From a bacterium (GTDB lineage: Bacteria; Zhuqueibacterota; Zhuqueibacteria; Oceanimicrobiales; Oceanimicrobiaceae): a DNA stretch of 40,750 bases. Location of the stretch: NCBI GenBank assembly GCA_046757165.1, contig JBHHXT010000026.1, positions 1 through 40,750 of the forward strand. Reading direction: 5' to 3'. The notes below the pieces were generated by a model. That model was not told where the DNA came from and did no database searches. It saw only the letters and a program-made list of their open reading frames with translations. This document shows, piece by piece, positions 10,902 through 22,400 of the stretch; position 1 is the stretch's first letter, and each line of letters begins with the position of its first letter. The translations under genes were made by a program, and so were the position numbers.

Positions 10902-12380
10902 ATGGTTCCTGAGATTCGCGTTCAAAGCTGCAATCAAGCGCCCGTCAATGCGGGCGGCATGTATGTGCTCTACTGGATGGTGGCATTTCGCCGCACGAAT
11001 TGGAATTTCAGCCTGGAGCGTGCCGTGGAATGGGCCATGGAGCTCAACAAACCGCTGGTCATCTTTGAGGCGTTGCGCCAGGGCCACCCCTGGGCCAGCG
11101 ACCGCGTTTTCCGTTTCGTTCTCGATGGGATGGCCGAAAACATGCGCAGGTTGCGCAGCAAGAACGCCTTCTACTTCCCGTTCGTCGAGCCGAAACCGGG
11201 CGCAGGCGGCGGGTTGCTGGCCGCCCTGGCAAAACGGGCGTGCGTGGTGGTGACAGACGATTTTCCATGCTTCGTTGTGCCGAACATGGTGGAGGATGCG
11301 GTCCGCCGCCTGAAGGTGCGCCTCGAGAAAATCGATTCCAACGGCCTGCTGCCCATGCGCGCTGCCAGCGAGGTGTTCAAGAAAGTGCTGGATTTTCGAC
11401 GCTTTCTCCACCACGCGCTGCCCTTTTACTTGAGCGAATTCATCAAACCCGATCCGCTGGTAGGCCGAACGTTGCCGAAGCTGGGGAACCTGCCGGCAGA
11501 AATAGAACAACGCTGGCCGCCAACCAATCCGAAGCTGCTCGATGAAGAAAGATTCGACTTGTACCAATTCCCGATCGACCACTCCGTGCCGGTTTTGGCC
11601 CTGCAAGGGGGGCCGCAAGCAGGAGAGCGAACGCTCAACTCTTTTCTCGAGTACCGCCTGCAGCGTTTTGCAGAGCGCAGCACCAATCCAGACAAAGAGA
11701 GCACAAGCGGTCTGTCACCCTACCTCCATTTCGGCCATCTGTCCGTGCACCAGGTTTTCTCACAACTTGTGGAGCGGGAAGGGTGGTCTCTTGGCCAACT
11801 CTCGCCACAGGTTACCGGCAGCCCCCGCGGCTGGTGGGGGATGAGCCGCAACGCCGAGGCGTTTCTGGACCAGCTCATCACCTGGCGCGAGCTCGGGTTC
11901 AACTTTTGCTGGCGGCGGCCAGACTACGACCAGTACGAGTCGTTACCAGATTGGGCAAAAAAGACCCTTGCCAAACATGAAACCGACCCCAGAGAACACA
12001 TCTATTCTCTGGAAAAATTCGAGAAGGCGCAAACCCATGACACGCTCTGGAACGCCGCCCAAACCCAGTTGGTGCGCGAAGGCCGCATTCACCCCTACCT
12101 GCGCATGCTCTGGGGGAAGAAGATTGTGGAGTGGACAACATCGCCGCAGGAAGCGCTGGCCATCATGATCGAGCTCAACAACAAACACGCCATCGACGGC
12201 CGCAACCCCAACTCGTACGCCGGCATTTTCTGGACCCTCGGTCGTTACGATCGCCCCTGGGCGCCCGAACAACCGATTCTCGGCAAGGTCAGAGGCCCGA
12301 GCTCGGAAAGCAATGTCCGTAAAATGAAGGTACGTAAGTATATAGAAAAGTATGATTCACACTCCCTGGCTTTGTTCTGA
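10902..12380 (+). CDS. Class II deoxyribodipyrimidine photolyase homolog
   Basis: YVLYWM...RR..WNFSL, VVTDDFP, SGLSPYLHFGHLS, WRELGFNFC, THD.LWNAAQ, YLRMLWGKKIVEW, LNNK.AIDGRNPNSYAGIFW, DRPW. Confidence 0.9.
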   Translation: MVPEIRVQSCNQAPVNAGGMYVLYWMVAFRRTNWNFSLERAVEWAMELNKPLVIFEALRQGHPWASDRVFRFVLDGMAENMRRLRSKNAFYFPFVEPKPGAGGGLLAALAKRACVVVTDDFPCFVVPNMVEDAVRRLKVRLEKIDSNGLLPMRAASEVFKKVLDFRRFLHHALPFYLSEFIKPDPLVGRTLPKLGNLPAEIEQRWPPTNPKLLDEERFDLYQFPIDHSVPVLALQGGPQAGERTLNSFLEYRLQRFAERSTNPDKESTSGLSPYLHFGHLSVHQVFSQLVEREGWSLGQLSPQVTGSPRGWWGMSRNAEAFLDQLITWRELGFNFCWRRPDYDQYESLPDWAKKTLAKHETDPREHIYSLEKFEKAQTHDTLWNAAQTQLVREGRIHPYLRMLWGKKIVEWTTSPQEALAIMIELNNKHAIDGRNPNSYAGIFWTLGRYDRPWAPEQPILGKVRGPSSESNVRKMKVRKYIEKYDSHSLALF

Positions 12381-12438
12381 ACCATATAGCCCGGGAATAA
12401 CTCAATCTGTCAAATACTCCGCAAAGGAGGGACTCTAA

Positions 12439-13386
12439 ATGAAACTCCTCATCACGGGCGCTTCGGGGCTGATCGGTTCAGCCCTGGAACCTTTTCTGCG
12501 CAAGGCCGGGCATGACGTCAACCGGCTCGTGCGCCATAAAGAGAGCGCGAGCTGTTGTGATTTTTACTGGGATCCGTACGCCGATGAGCTCGACCGGGCG
12601 GCCCTGGAAGGCATCGAGGGCGTCATTCACCTCTCTGGCGAAAACATCGCTGCCAGGTGGACGGAGAGCAAGAAACAAAAAATTCTCGACAGCCGGGTGA
12701 AGCCCACCCGCTTCCTGAGCAAGATAGTCTCCGACCTGGAGACGCCGCCCAAAGTGCTCATCAGCGCCTCTGCCATCGGCTACTACGGCGACCGCGGCGA
12801 TGAGGTGCTGACCGAGAAGAGCAAATTCGGCAGCGGCTTTTTGTCCGATGTGGTGCGTCAATGGGAAGCAGCCACCACGCCGGCCGCGGTCAAGGGCATT
12901 CGCGTGCTCACGCTCCGCCTGGGGGTGGTGCTGAGCAGACATGGTGGCGCGCTGGCCAGGATGGTACCTCCGTTCAAAATGGGAGCGGGTGGCATCGTCG
13001 GCAATGGCGACCAGTACTGGAGCTGGGTCGGCATCGACGATGTGGTGGGCGCTCTCAACCATGCCCTGACGACCGACACACTGGAAGGCCCGGTCAATGT
13101 CGTCGCGCCCAATCCGGTCACCAACCGGGAGTTCACCAAAGTGCTGGGCAGGGTGCTCGGCCGCCCAACCTTTGTTCCCATGCCCGCCTTCGCCGCCAGG
13201 ATCGCCTTCGGGGAAATGGCACAAGCTTTGTTGCTGGCCAGCGCGCGCGTGGAGCCCGCAAAACTGAAGGCCACCAACTACGAGTTCTGGCATCCGGAGC
13301 TGGAAGAATTGCTGCATTATGTGCTGGAGATAGAAGGAGCGTCTCCGGCGAAGGAGGAAGAGTCAGCCCAGGAGACGCCTAATTGA
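12439..13386 (+). CDS. TIGR01777 family NAD-dependent epimerase/oxidoreductase (YfcH-like)
   Basis: ITGASGLIG, HLSGENI..RW...KK..I.DSR, SASAIGYYG, G.G.QYWSW, GPVNVVAPNPV.N.EF; AAGGAGG RBS. Confidence 0.93.
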   Translation: MKLLITGASGLIGSALEPFLRKAGHDVNRLVRHKESASCCDFYWDPYADELDRAALEGIEGVIHLSGENIAARWTESKKQKILDSRVKPTRFLSKIVSDLETPPKVLISASAIGYYGDRGDEVLTEKSKFGSGFLSDVVRQWEAATTPAAVKGIRVLTLRLGVVLSRHGGALARMVPPFKMGAGGIVGNGDQYWSWVGIDDVVGALNHALTTDTLEGPVNVVAPNPVTNREFTKVLGRVLGRPTFVPMPAFAARIAFGEMAQALLLASARVEPAKLKATNYEFWHPELEELLHYVLEIEGASPAKEEESAQETPN

Positions 13387-15043
13387 ACTCCGCCTTCAGG
13401 ATCCAATTCTGCGGGTCTATCTCTGGCCTTCCCTCTTTCGGCAGGATGATCGTCCCTTGCCCCCCTTCCGTTGTGACTTTGTGGATTTCATCACCGATGT
13501 GGACTTCGACCGGCATGGGAAAGGGCAGACCGTCTGGTCCCCGCCAGCGCAAGGTCAGGATGCTGCCTTTGACTGAGGAGATCAGTCGCGGCAATTCCGC
13601 CTGGCGAAAATAGACTTCGAAAAACCAGCCCAGCTCCTTGCCCGAGACCTCTTGCACGATTTCCTGAAATGCATCGGTCGTGGCAAAGTGGCATTGCCTG
13701 CCGTCGCTGACGTATTCCATGGCAGCATCTGGATAGGTCAGCTTGCGCAAGGATTGAACCAGGGCATCCTTGCCGATCAAATAGCGCAGGGTGTGCAGAA
13801 TCCACGCCCCCTTTGCGTAGATATCGCCACCGTAGATGTCCCGCGTTCGCTGCGCGGCGCGCGGCGCGACCGGCTTGTGGTTGCGGATTCTGCCACGAAA
13901 ACTCCCGATGTACTCGTGATAAGCGGCCGGGTCATGCAGGGACTCGGCATAGAGGGCCTCCAGATAGGAAGCGATGCCCTCGTGCAACCACCAATCGCTC
14001 CAATCCGGTGCGGTCACCAGGTTGGCGAACCATTCGTGGGCCAGCTCATGGAAATGGAGCCGGTCAAAGCCATATTTGTTGTTCCGAAAGTCAGAGCCGT
14101 ACGAGATAATCGTCTGGTGTTCCATCCCGAGGTACACCGTTTGCGCCACGCCGTATTTGTCCGCTCGAAACGGATAAGGCCCGAGCAACCGCTCGAAGAA
14201 CCGCAAATGTTGCGCGAACTGCGGAAACAGAGTTAGCGCCTTCGTGTAGTCCTCCGGCATCACCCAGAAGGTCAGCGGCATCACCTCTCCGTTGATACTG
14301 CGATAGGAGTCTTCGATCTTGCTGTACTGCGCGATGTTGAGCGTGACGCCGTAATTGTTGACCGGAGTGGAAATGTACCAGTGGAAGGTGTGCATGCGTT
14401 TGCCATTCTTCCAAAAGCGTTCGTATTCACGCATCCGGCCATTGGCGGCCACGGTCAACGGCTCGGGCACGGTGATGTGCAGCGCCATGGAGTCAGGTTC
14501 ATCCGACGGGTGGTCCTTGCACGGCCACCAGATGTCGGCGCCATTGAGGACAGAGATGATCCCGAGCCAGGGCTCGCCACTTTTTGACTTCGTCCAGGTG
14601 AAACCGTCAGACCAACTGCCCTTTTGAACCGGGGCAACCATGGGCCGGCCACCGTAAGCCACTTCTATCGACAGGGTTTCGCCTGGTTGTGCAGCTTCTG
14701 CAAGCCGGATCCAAATCTTGCCGCTCTTGCGCTCAAACGCCAGTGCACTTGCATGATTGGTGCCGGCCGCCGGCTTGACGCTTTCAACCTCGAGCAAGGT
14801 GTCCAGGTCGAGCACGAATCGGTCGAGAGCAGCAAGAACCCGTGCCTCCACTCGAAGTTTGCCCTGAATGGTACTGTCGTCCGGGTTGACGAACAGGGTC
14901 AGATCATAGAACGTGACATCGTAAGCTGCTTGCTCCGGCATCAACGTGCCGCCAGAATTGTATGTTTCGGTTTGCGCACTTCCCCCGCGGGCCGACAAAA
15001 CGCTAGCGAAGAGTACAATCGTAAAAGCGATAGTCGTTTTCAT
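13379..15043 (-). CDS. Secreted M1 family zinc aminopeptidase
   Basis: Signal peptide from MKTTIAF; WWPCKDHPSDEPD, GMEHQT (GAMEN variant), HELAH-x18-E, YAKGAWILH. Confidence 0.9.
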   Translation of the reverse strand: MKTTIAFTIVLFASVLSARGGSAQTETYNSGGTLMPEQAAYDVTFYDLTLFVNPDDSTIQGKLRVEARVLAALDRFVLDLDTLLEVESVKPAAGTNHASALAFERKSGKIWIRLAEAAQPGETLSIEVAYGGRPMVAPVQKGSWSDGFTWTKSKSGEPWLGIISVLNGADIWWPCKDHPSDEPDSMALHITVPEPLTVAANGRMREYERFWKNGKRMHTFHWYISTPVNNYGVTLNIAQYSKIEDSYRSINGEVMPLTFWVMPEDYTKALTLFPQFAQHLRFFERLLGPYPFRADKYGVAQTVYLGMEHQTIISYGSDFRNNKYGFDRLHFHELAHEWFANLVTAPDWSDWWLHEGIASYLEALYAESLHDPAAYHEYIGSFRGRIRNHKPVAPRAAQRTRDIYGGDIYAKGAWILHTLRYLIGKDALVQSLRKLTYPDAAMEYVSDGRQCHFATTDAFQEIVQEVSGKELGWFFEVYFRQAELPRLISSVKGSILTLRWRGPDGLPFPMPVEVHIGDEIHKVTTEGGQGTIILPKEGRPEIDPQNWILKAEFN

Positions 15044-15081
15044 CTCATTCCCTGACTCAAATCCTGATAAAGCGCCCTCTG

Positions 15082-16080
15082 CTAAACAAAACGTTTTCGA
15101 TAATCGCGGATGACCTGGTCCATCACCCAACTCGTACGCGCTGCGGTTATTCCTGTGCTGGGACAGGTGCCCCGGCCGTTGAGCTCATCCACTACTGACT
15201 GAATCAGTGGCTGCTGGATGTGCTCCGGCGTGGGCAGCTCAAACTCCTGCACCCCGCGGGCGGTCTCAATCCGGAAAGGCACACGGTCAAACGCAGCAAA
15301 AACAATTCTTCCTTTGCTGCCAACAACTTCCATGCGGTCTTGCCGCATCTCCGGCTCGACCGTGAAGCACCAGACACCGCTGCCCACAACGCCCGAAGCA
15401 AATCTAAAATGCGCGCTCACGATATCTTCCGCCGGGTAGAGGTCGGCTTGATTCTCGGCCACCCCGCCGGTCGACTCGATTGGCCCAAACAGGAAGTCGA
15501 GAAAGTCCAACTGGTGTGAGGCCAGGTCAAAGAAATAGCCGCCGCCGGCAATCTCTGGCTGAACGCGCCACGGCAAGCTCTCCCGCCTCAGCGGTTTCTC
15601 CCAGACGGCCGGATAGACCAGTTGAATCGTCGCAAACCGTACCTCGCCAATGGCACCGGAATCGACGAGGTCTTTGACCTTCAGGAAGTTGGGCAAACAG
15701 CGGCGATAGTAGGCCACAAAGAGCGGCACGTTCGCCTCCCGGCACGCTGCAATCATGCGTTCGCATTCCTGGAAGGTTCGCGCCATCGGCTTCTCGACAT
15801 AAACAGGCTTGCCGGCCCGGGCGGCCCGGATGGTGTAGTCGCAATGGGAGTCTGGCGGTGTTGCCACGTAGACGGCATGCACCTCGGGGTCATCGATAAG
15901 CGCATCAGCATTGTCCGTCCATTTCGGGACGCCATGTCGCTGGGCGTAATCCCGCGCTTTGTCACCGCTGCGACGCATGACCGCAACCACTTTCGACCCC
16001 GGGACTTTGTTGAAAGCCGGTCCGCTTTTGACCTCCGTTACGCTGCCACAGCCGATGATGCCCCAATTGATCCGGTGCAA
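15082..16080 (-). CDS. Gfo/Idh/MocA family oxidoreductase
   Basis: WGIIGCG, VYVATPPDSH, YVEKPMA, AYYRR, GGG.FFDLASHQLD; probable TTG start at 16080 after GGAGGGG. Confidence 0.9.
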   Translation of the reverse strand: MHRINWGIIGCGSVTEVKSGPAFNKVPGSKVVAVMRRSGDKARDYAQRHGVPKWTDNADALIDDPEVHAVYVATPPDSHCDYTIRAARAGKPVYVEKPMARTFQECERMIAACREANVPLFVAYYRRCLPNFLKVKDLVDSGAIGEVRFATIQLVYPAVWEKPLRRESLPWRVQPEIAGGGYFFDLASHQLDFLDFLFGPIESTGGVAENQADLYPAEDIVSAHFRFASGVVGSGVWCFTVEPEMRQDRMEVVGSKGRIVFAAFDRVPFRIETARGVQEFELPTPEHIQQPLIQSVVDELNGRGTCPSTGITAARTSWVMDQVIRDYRKRFV

Positions 16081-16339
16081 GAGAAACCCCTCCGCCCGAT
16101 ATGTTACGCTACTAATCAGCATTAAGAATCATACAAGAATATATCAATGCAGATTTTACAACGCAAGCGTTTTGTAGGGGGAATGTAAGCGCCACTGCTG
16201 TAAACAACATGTATATATTGACAAACAGGGGAAAATGCAGGCAGGAATTTGTCCTCTCCGGCCAGCGGCCTGTTTAAGCCGAAAGAATCTCTATTCCTGC
16301 CAGGAATGTTCGTTCAACTCCTGGCACGGTCGCAGGGAT

Positions 16340-17974
16340 TCAAAAGGTGGATAAGAGAAGTATCATCAACAGGAAGTAGAGCGTGAGAATCCCGTAGTAA
16401 ATCTTCCAATTTCTTTTGTGATCAAACGTATGGCTCTTGTTGGGCCGCCAGACGAGATGTTCAATTCTTTTTTCAACCGCGGGTTTGAAGAATAGACTGG
16501 CACCGTAGCCAACGGCAAAGGTCACAGCGCAGCCTGTCACATTCCACCAGAGCCACGAGACTTGCGGCACAAATAACCACAAGATGAGATTGACCAGAAA
16601 TCCTGCGACGATACCGATCACCGTCCCCGAGTCCGTTGCGCGTTTTGTCAATATTGCCAACAGGAAGGTCGCGAGAATGGAGCCGTTGGCCAGGGAGCCA
16701 ATTTTGTTGATTGAAACGATTATCGAGTCAGAGATATTGCCGACGAAAAACGAGAAGGTGACGCAAACGACGCCCCAAAATACCGTGACCCCCTTGGAAA
16801 GGAGTATCTCCTCCCTTTCGCTTCTCGGTCGTCGGCCTTTGAAGAAGCGATCGATGATATCGCGAACGGTGGAGGCGCTCAACGAGTTCAGCGTTGAATC
16901 CAGACTCGACATCGCAGCGGCAAAAAGGGCGACCATGATCAAACCGATCACGCCATGAGGCAACCGTTGCAGGACCAGCATGGGTAACGAGGTGTTGTAA
17001 TTGGGTAGAGTTTGAGCAATGCCATCGGTCAACACTTCTCTCGTCGGCAGGCTCGAAATGAACTCCGGGTTGACCGCCGCGTAGGCGCCAATCGCCACGC
17101 CCAGGAAACAATACAGGATGACAATGGGGAACCGCAACATGCCATTCAAGAACAGAGCCATCTTAGCGTCGTCAACATGTTTTGTGGACAACTGACGCTG
17201 AACCTGAGTTTGATCGCAGCCGTAATAAGCGACGTAGAGAAAGAATCCCCCGACCAGCATCGGCAAGAAAGAAAAGACGGCGCCATCGCCTAAGCCATGA
17301 CCCGAAAAGTCGAGGGCCTTGAACCGCGCGTGCGAAAAATTCTCGAAGACACTATCCAAGCCACCGCTAAACTTGACGGCATAGTAGCCCGAGACGACCA
17401 CGCCGGCCAGGAGGATGGCCATCTGCAGGACATCCGATAGAATGACGCTCCTGATGCCGCCCAGGGTGTCATAGATAATTGTTACGACACCCAGAAGCAC
17501 CACCGCCAACCAGATTGGGATGTCTAAACACACCTGCAGGACAAGTGACACCCCGTAGACCGTGACACCGGTTGCGAAAGCTCGCGCCAATTGGAACAAG
17601 ATACTCATGATGGTCTGCGTCGCCACACCAAACCTGAGACCGAGAAACTCGTAAACCGAAATGACGCCCGCCCGCTTGTAAAACGGCACGAGAAAAATCA
17701 TGATAAAGATCATAGACAGCGGCACAGCAAGCTCGTACTGCAGCCAAAGTAAGCCGCCGCCGAGAGAAAACGCCACAAAAGCCGGGGCACCAAGCATGGA
17801 ATTCGTGCTTAATTGAGTCGCCATCGTCGAAATGCCGACCGGTAGCCAATGCACGTTCTTGCTGCCCAGATAATAATCTTCTTCATTTGACTGAGATTTG
17901 CCAATTCGATAACTCAGCCAAATCAAAGCGGCGATGTAGACGCCGACGATTGACCAGTCAAGATTGTTCATCAT
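16340..17974 (-). CDS. Sodium:solute symporter (SSS family)
   Basis: Multiple TMs; S.YEFL..RFG, YDTLGGIRSVILSDVLQ, YYGCDQTQVQR.L, AAAMSSLDSTLNSLS. Confidence 0.93.
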   Translation of the reverse strand: MMNNLDWSIVGVYIAALIWLSYRIGKSQSNEEDYYLGSKNVHWLPVGISTMATQLSTNSMLGAPAFVAFSLGGGLLWLQYELAVPLSMIFIMIFLVPFYKRAGVISVYEFLGLRFGVATQTIMSILFQLARAFATGVTVYGVSLVLQVCLDIPIWLAVVLLGVVTIIYDTLGGIRSVILSDVLQMAILLAGVVVSGYYAVKFSGGLDSVFENFSHARFKALDFSGHGLGDGAVFSFLPMLVGGFFLYVAYYGCDQTQVQRQLSTKHVDDAKMALFLNGMLRFPIVILYCFLGVAIGAYAAVNPEFISSLPTREVLTDGIAQTLPNYNTSLPMLVLQRLPHGVIGLIMVALFAAAMSSLDSTLNSLSASTVRDIIDRFFKGRRPRSEREEILLSKGVTVFWGVVCVTFSFFVGNISDSIIVSINKIGSLANGSILATFLLAILTKRATDSGTVIGIVAGFLVNLILWLFVPQVSWLWWNVTGCAVTFAVGYGASLFFKPAVEKRIEHLVWRPNKSHTFDHKRNWKIYYGILTLYFLLMILLLSTF

Positions 17975-18032
17975 CTATTCTCCATTATCGAGATGCGGAG
18001 GCAAGCGAGAGGTCGTGCCGAATAATGGCGTC

Positions 18033-19346
18033 TCATGCAAGCCAATCTATGATGAGGGCAGCGGTCCAGGAGAATCCTGAGGCTCCATATCCCCCTCCCG
18101 CGCCTTTTCTGGGGTCAAAATATTCATGAAAACCATATTTCTGCACCAGGACCAGGCTATCGTCCGCCACGCGCTTTGCGAACCGCTCAAAGCCGTACTG
18201 CCGGAGTCCATGGAAAAGAAGCCAATTGATGTTTATCCAGACCGGCCCCCTCCAATAACGCTGAGGCTCGAATTCATTCTGTTCGGGCATCACGGTGGGG
18301 CAGAGATAAAACCCATCCCTGGCGAAGGAGCCCCGGAGCCTTTCAACTATCAGGTGTGCCTGACTTTCGGAAGGAACCCGTGCAAACAAAGGCCCGATCA
18401 TAGCAGGGGAAGTGGAGGTCGTTATCCGCTCTCCTGTTGTCAGGTCAAGGGCATCGTAAGAATGATTCCTGGCATTCCACAATTTGGTGTTCATGGCGCG
18501 AATGCTGGTCTCGTTCCAATCTTTCAACTCAGAGGCGTTCTGCCCAAGCAGTATGGCTAAGTTGATCAAGGCTTGATTCGACCGGATGAGCAAGCTGTTC
18601 AGGAAAGGGTCCTGAACCAGGAACGGGCATGATTCGGCGATGCATTTGTCTTCGTACTTACATTGCATAAAAAGATCGACGAGGTGCAAATACTTCTGAT
18701 ACTCGACATCTGAAGGACGTTGGGAACGATCCACCTGCTGTAGGTCGCGTCTCGAGCTCGCAATCGACCTGTCATCCTCTGCATCTATCTTAGCGAGCAC
18801 CGTATCCCAGGTTGGTGAGTTATCCATGCCCGATTCCCAATTGTGTTGAATGTAGACCAGGCCCTCCCGGTGGATATCCCGGCACGTGTAGAGATAGCGA
18901 TGGAAGCGTAAGACTTGCGGAAAGAGCTCTTCGGCAAAGGCCAGGATATCCCTTTTGACCGCCGATTTCTGATACATCACTTCGAGAATAAAACCGATGA
19001 TGGGAGGTTGAATGATGCCGGATGTTCGAGGCTTCCTGGGTGCCCTGGGAGTGATCTCTGTCTGCCAGATTTCAGGACCCGGAAAGTAGTTGTCGTTTTC
19101 CACGTGAAAGACGATGTGCGGCAGTAAGCCGTTCTGCCACTGCCCCTTGAAGAGACTTCGAATCTCCTGTTTGGCCCGACCGAGATCGTAATGAGAATAG
19201 CCCAGAGCAATAAAACCAGAATCCCAATTCCACTGGAAGGGATACAGAGCCGCGCCTGGAACGGTGTACCCCTCTCGCCAATTGCTGTCCAGGACAGCTT
19301 TGGCCTGACGAAGCATTTCTTGTCGCTGGGTGGTCGTCAAAGGCAT
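18033..19346 (-). CDS. GH63-like glycoside hydrolase (mannosylglycerate/glucosylglycerate hydrolase type), cytoplasmic
   Basis: YPFQWNWDSGF, PHIVF, YFPGP..W, TSGIIQPP, H.WESGMDNSP.WD, YWRGPVW.NINW, GFHEYF.P..G.G.G...FSWTAA; no signal peptide. Confidence 0.88.
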   Translation of the reverse strand: MPLTTTQRQEMLRQAKAVLDSNWREGYTVPGAALYPFQWNWDSGFIALGYSHYDLGRAKQEIRSLFKGQWQNGLLPHIVFHVENDNYFPGPEIWQTEITPRAPRKPRTSGIIQPPIIGFILEVMYQKSAVKRDILAFAEELFPQVLRFHRYLYTCRDIHREGLVYIQHNWESGMDNSPTWDTVLAKIDAEDDRSIASSRRDLQQVDRSQRPSDVEYQKYLHLVDLFMQCKYEDKCIAESCPFLVQDPFLNSLLIRSNQALINLAILLGQNASELKDWNETSIRAMNTKLWNARNHSYDALDLTTGERITTSTSPAMIGPLFARVPSESQAHLIVERLRGSFARDGFYLCPTVMPEQNEFEPQRYWRGPVWININWLLFHGLRQYGFERFAKRVADDSLVLVQKYGFHEYFDPRKGAGGGYGASGFSWTAALIIDWLA

Positions 19347-19431
19347 ACGCGCATATCCTGTAAAACTCAATCAAGTTTGCTTCTTAAGCAATCCGGTCGC
19401 TCGCCTCTCAGTGTATTTTAGAAGTTCTTAC

Positions 19432-19465
19432 AAAAAAGGGAAGGCATGGGCAATGCCTTCCCTTT
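19432..19465 (-). terminator. Rho-independent terminator after the TonB-dependent receptor
   Basis: Minus strand AAAGGGAAGGCAT-TGCCC-ATGCCTTCCCTTTTTT. Confidence 0.8.
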
Positions 19466-19484
19466 ACAAGGAGGGGTGCACAAA

Positions 19485-22400
19485 CTAAAAATTGAGGGTA
19501 GCCCTGAACATCGTGCGCCGCGGCAGAATAGGACGGCCAACAAAGAAATTGCCTTCAAGCTGCAGGTCTCCCTGTCTTGGATCGCCTTCGGTCACGCCAT
19601 CACTATCGAAAAGATTGAAGACGTGAACGCCCAGTCTGATAGTTTGCTTTCTGGTGAGCGGGAAGGTGTAGCCGGCGTCCAATCTCCAAATGGAGAACTC
19701 ATCCAGCTTGATGTTGTTGGCGTTGTCGGAAAACCGGCGTCCGATGAACTTGCCGGAGATTCTGCCGTCGAAGCTTTTTTTCCCGTAGCTCAGGCCCCAG
19801 TTTGCCATAACCTTCGGCTGCCTTCTCAGCTCTTTGCCTTCCAAAGCTGCGTTCGGCGTATCGTCGACTTCGTGGTCCTGGTAGGTGAAACTGGCCTCGA
19901 GCACAATATCTCTGGCGATAGAAAGGGCGCCCGTTAATTCCGTTCCAAAGGTTGTGCTTTGACCAACGGCGCGGGTGAATTGAATGACATTTCCGGGATT
20001 GTCCGGATCATTGATGAAGTCTGTTTCAAGCCGGTCATTGATGCGGATGAAATAAGCTGCTGCCGTTCCGGACAACTGAACATTGCTGCCCAGTTGGACG
20101 CCACTGAATTTGGCGCCGCCTTCCGCCTGGTATATTTTTTCGATGTCGGGATCCGGCTGGACAAAATTGCCCCGGCTATCTCGTCGAAAACTGATATTGC
20201 TGCGCAATTCCGGGAAAAAGTAACCTCTTGAAACATTGCCGTAGAGGTTCAACCGGTTACTCAGAGCATAACTGGCAGCCACTGCCGCGCCCCAGGCGTC
20301 AGGTTCAATGCGACGTCGATTGAACTTGCCGCTGCCCCATCTCACTTCTTGCAAGCGGGTGGCAACATTGGGATCCGAACTCATCACAAATACTTGACTG
20401 CCTTCCTTGATAATGTCTCCGACGTTCTTCTCATAGCGGAATCCGAGATCCAGCCGCAAGCGATCGAATTTTATTTCATCACCGAGGTAGATGGCTGCTT
20501 TACTGCTCCTGGCGTCATTATTCGTGTACCCTGTTCCAGGGTTGGAAAGGCCGTTCCTGGTCATTTGTATTGTCTGGCCCTCGCTGTTGACGACTTGCAG
20601 GTCGACCAGGCGCGGAACGTCCCGGAAATCACCCAGGTAAGTTGTGATGACATCAATGTCCCGGGCTTCGGTTCTGGTCAGAAAGGCGCCAAGGGTAAGC
20701 TGGTGTTCAGACTGCCCCGTGTTGAACACGCGCGACAGACTGATATCAGATGCGATCTCGAAGAACGGCCGCTTTCTGTCAAGCAAACGGTTTTCAAACA
20801 ACAGGTAGTTGCCGGGAAGCTCCAGACCATCATCCACAAACGTGAAGGTGAAATCGGTGAAGTCGTCGCCGAACACCCTGCGAACATGAGAGTCCTGACT
20901 TTCGACGTCTACCGGTCCCCCGGGTCCCGTCAGGAACAGGTTGAACTGATGCTCATAGCGCGCATATTTCATTTTGCCGTTGAAGAACCATCCGTCGCCG
21001 AATTCCTGATCGAAGTCCATCAGCAAAGAGGTTCCCTTGGTGACGACGCCATCCTCAATCGGTGTTTCATAGATTCCGTCCGGAGTCGCATAGCTGATAT
21101 CTGCTGCCTGGGCAGTTTGAGTCGTAAAAACTTCCTCGCCATCGTTTCCAGTGGCTCTTTCTCTCGAGCCGCCCTCGAGCGGCAGCGGCAGGAAGAACTG
21201 GACGCGGTCATTGATGATTTGCCCGTAGATGGTAAAACTACCATTGACGGAATTCAACGAAACATTCCCGCGGAGTTGATACCCTTCCGTAGGCAAGCCG
21301 GTGTTAATGGGTCCTTCATCAAACCTGTAGAACCCGGACAGGTTGTAAAACATTTTTGGCGATAACGGTCCACCGGTGTTGAAATCCAGCTTGTATCTGT
21401 CCTCGGTTGCGACCTCTGCCTGGACCGTTGTCTGCTGAACCGGTCCTCCACGCTTGCTGCGATAGTTGATGATGCCGGCAACAGAGCCAACACCAAAAAG
21501 TGTCGAAGAGCCGCCTCTGACAAATTCCATCGTCTCGATCCCCAAATCCGGCCTGAAATAGACGTCCTGAGCGCTGGAGGTCAGCCCGAATGTGCCCTGC
21601 ACCGGCATGCCGTCGATTTGCATGGGCGTGTACTTGTATTGACCGCCGGCGGGCAAACCGCGAACAAAAGCATTGACGGCGACCTCGCCGCCGCCACCTT
21701 CGGCGTGAACCCCGGGAACCGTCCGAAGAACATCCGCCTGGCTGTTGGCAGACAATTGTCGGATTCTTTTGGTGTCGATGAGGCTTATCGATAGGGGCGC
21801 CTCCTTTTGTGTTCTCGAAAACCGGCTGGCCGTGGTGACCACCCCTTCCATGAGCAGCACATCCTCAGCCAACGAAAAGTCCTGCGACAAGTTGTCGCCG
21901 GCGCTCACCGTTACCTCGGCTGCTCGAACCGTGTACCCGATGAACGACGCCTTCAGGGTGTACTTCCCCGGAGGAATTCCGTCAATTTCGTAATTTCCAT
22001 CTGAATCGGCGACGTCTCCGAGCACCGTCCCCTCCAGGACGACCTGAGTTCCTTGAATCGCATCGCCCGTCCCTTCCACGGTTATTCTTCCGCGTATGGT
22101 TGCTGTGGTTTCTTGCGGTTCAACCTGCCCAAAGGCTCTGAGCACCGCACTCCTCTGCGACGGATGCGCGACCACATAGGAGCTTGCGCCAACTTTAACA
22201 GAAACCAGATTCAGTGGCCTCAGAATGCCCGCCAGAGTCGCTTGCAGATCATCTAACACTGTGGCAGGATCTTGCAACGATACTTGCTCCCCCACGCCAC
22301 TATAGTATAAGAACCCCACGTCAAATTTCTTTTCAACCGCCTGGAGAGCGGCTCTTAACGAGATTGTTTCGTGGTGGACCTTATCTAAACGCAAAGTGGA

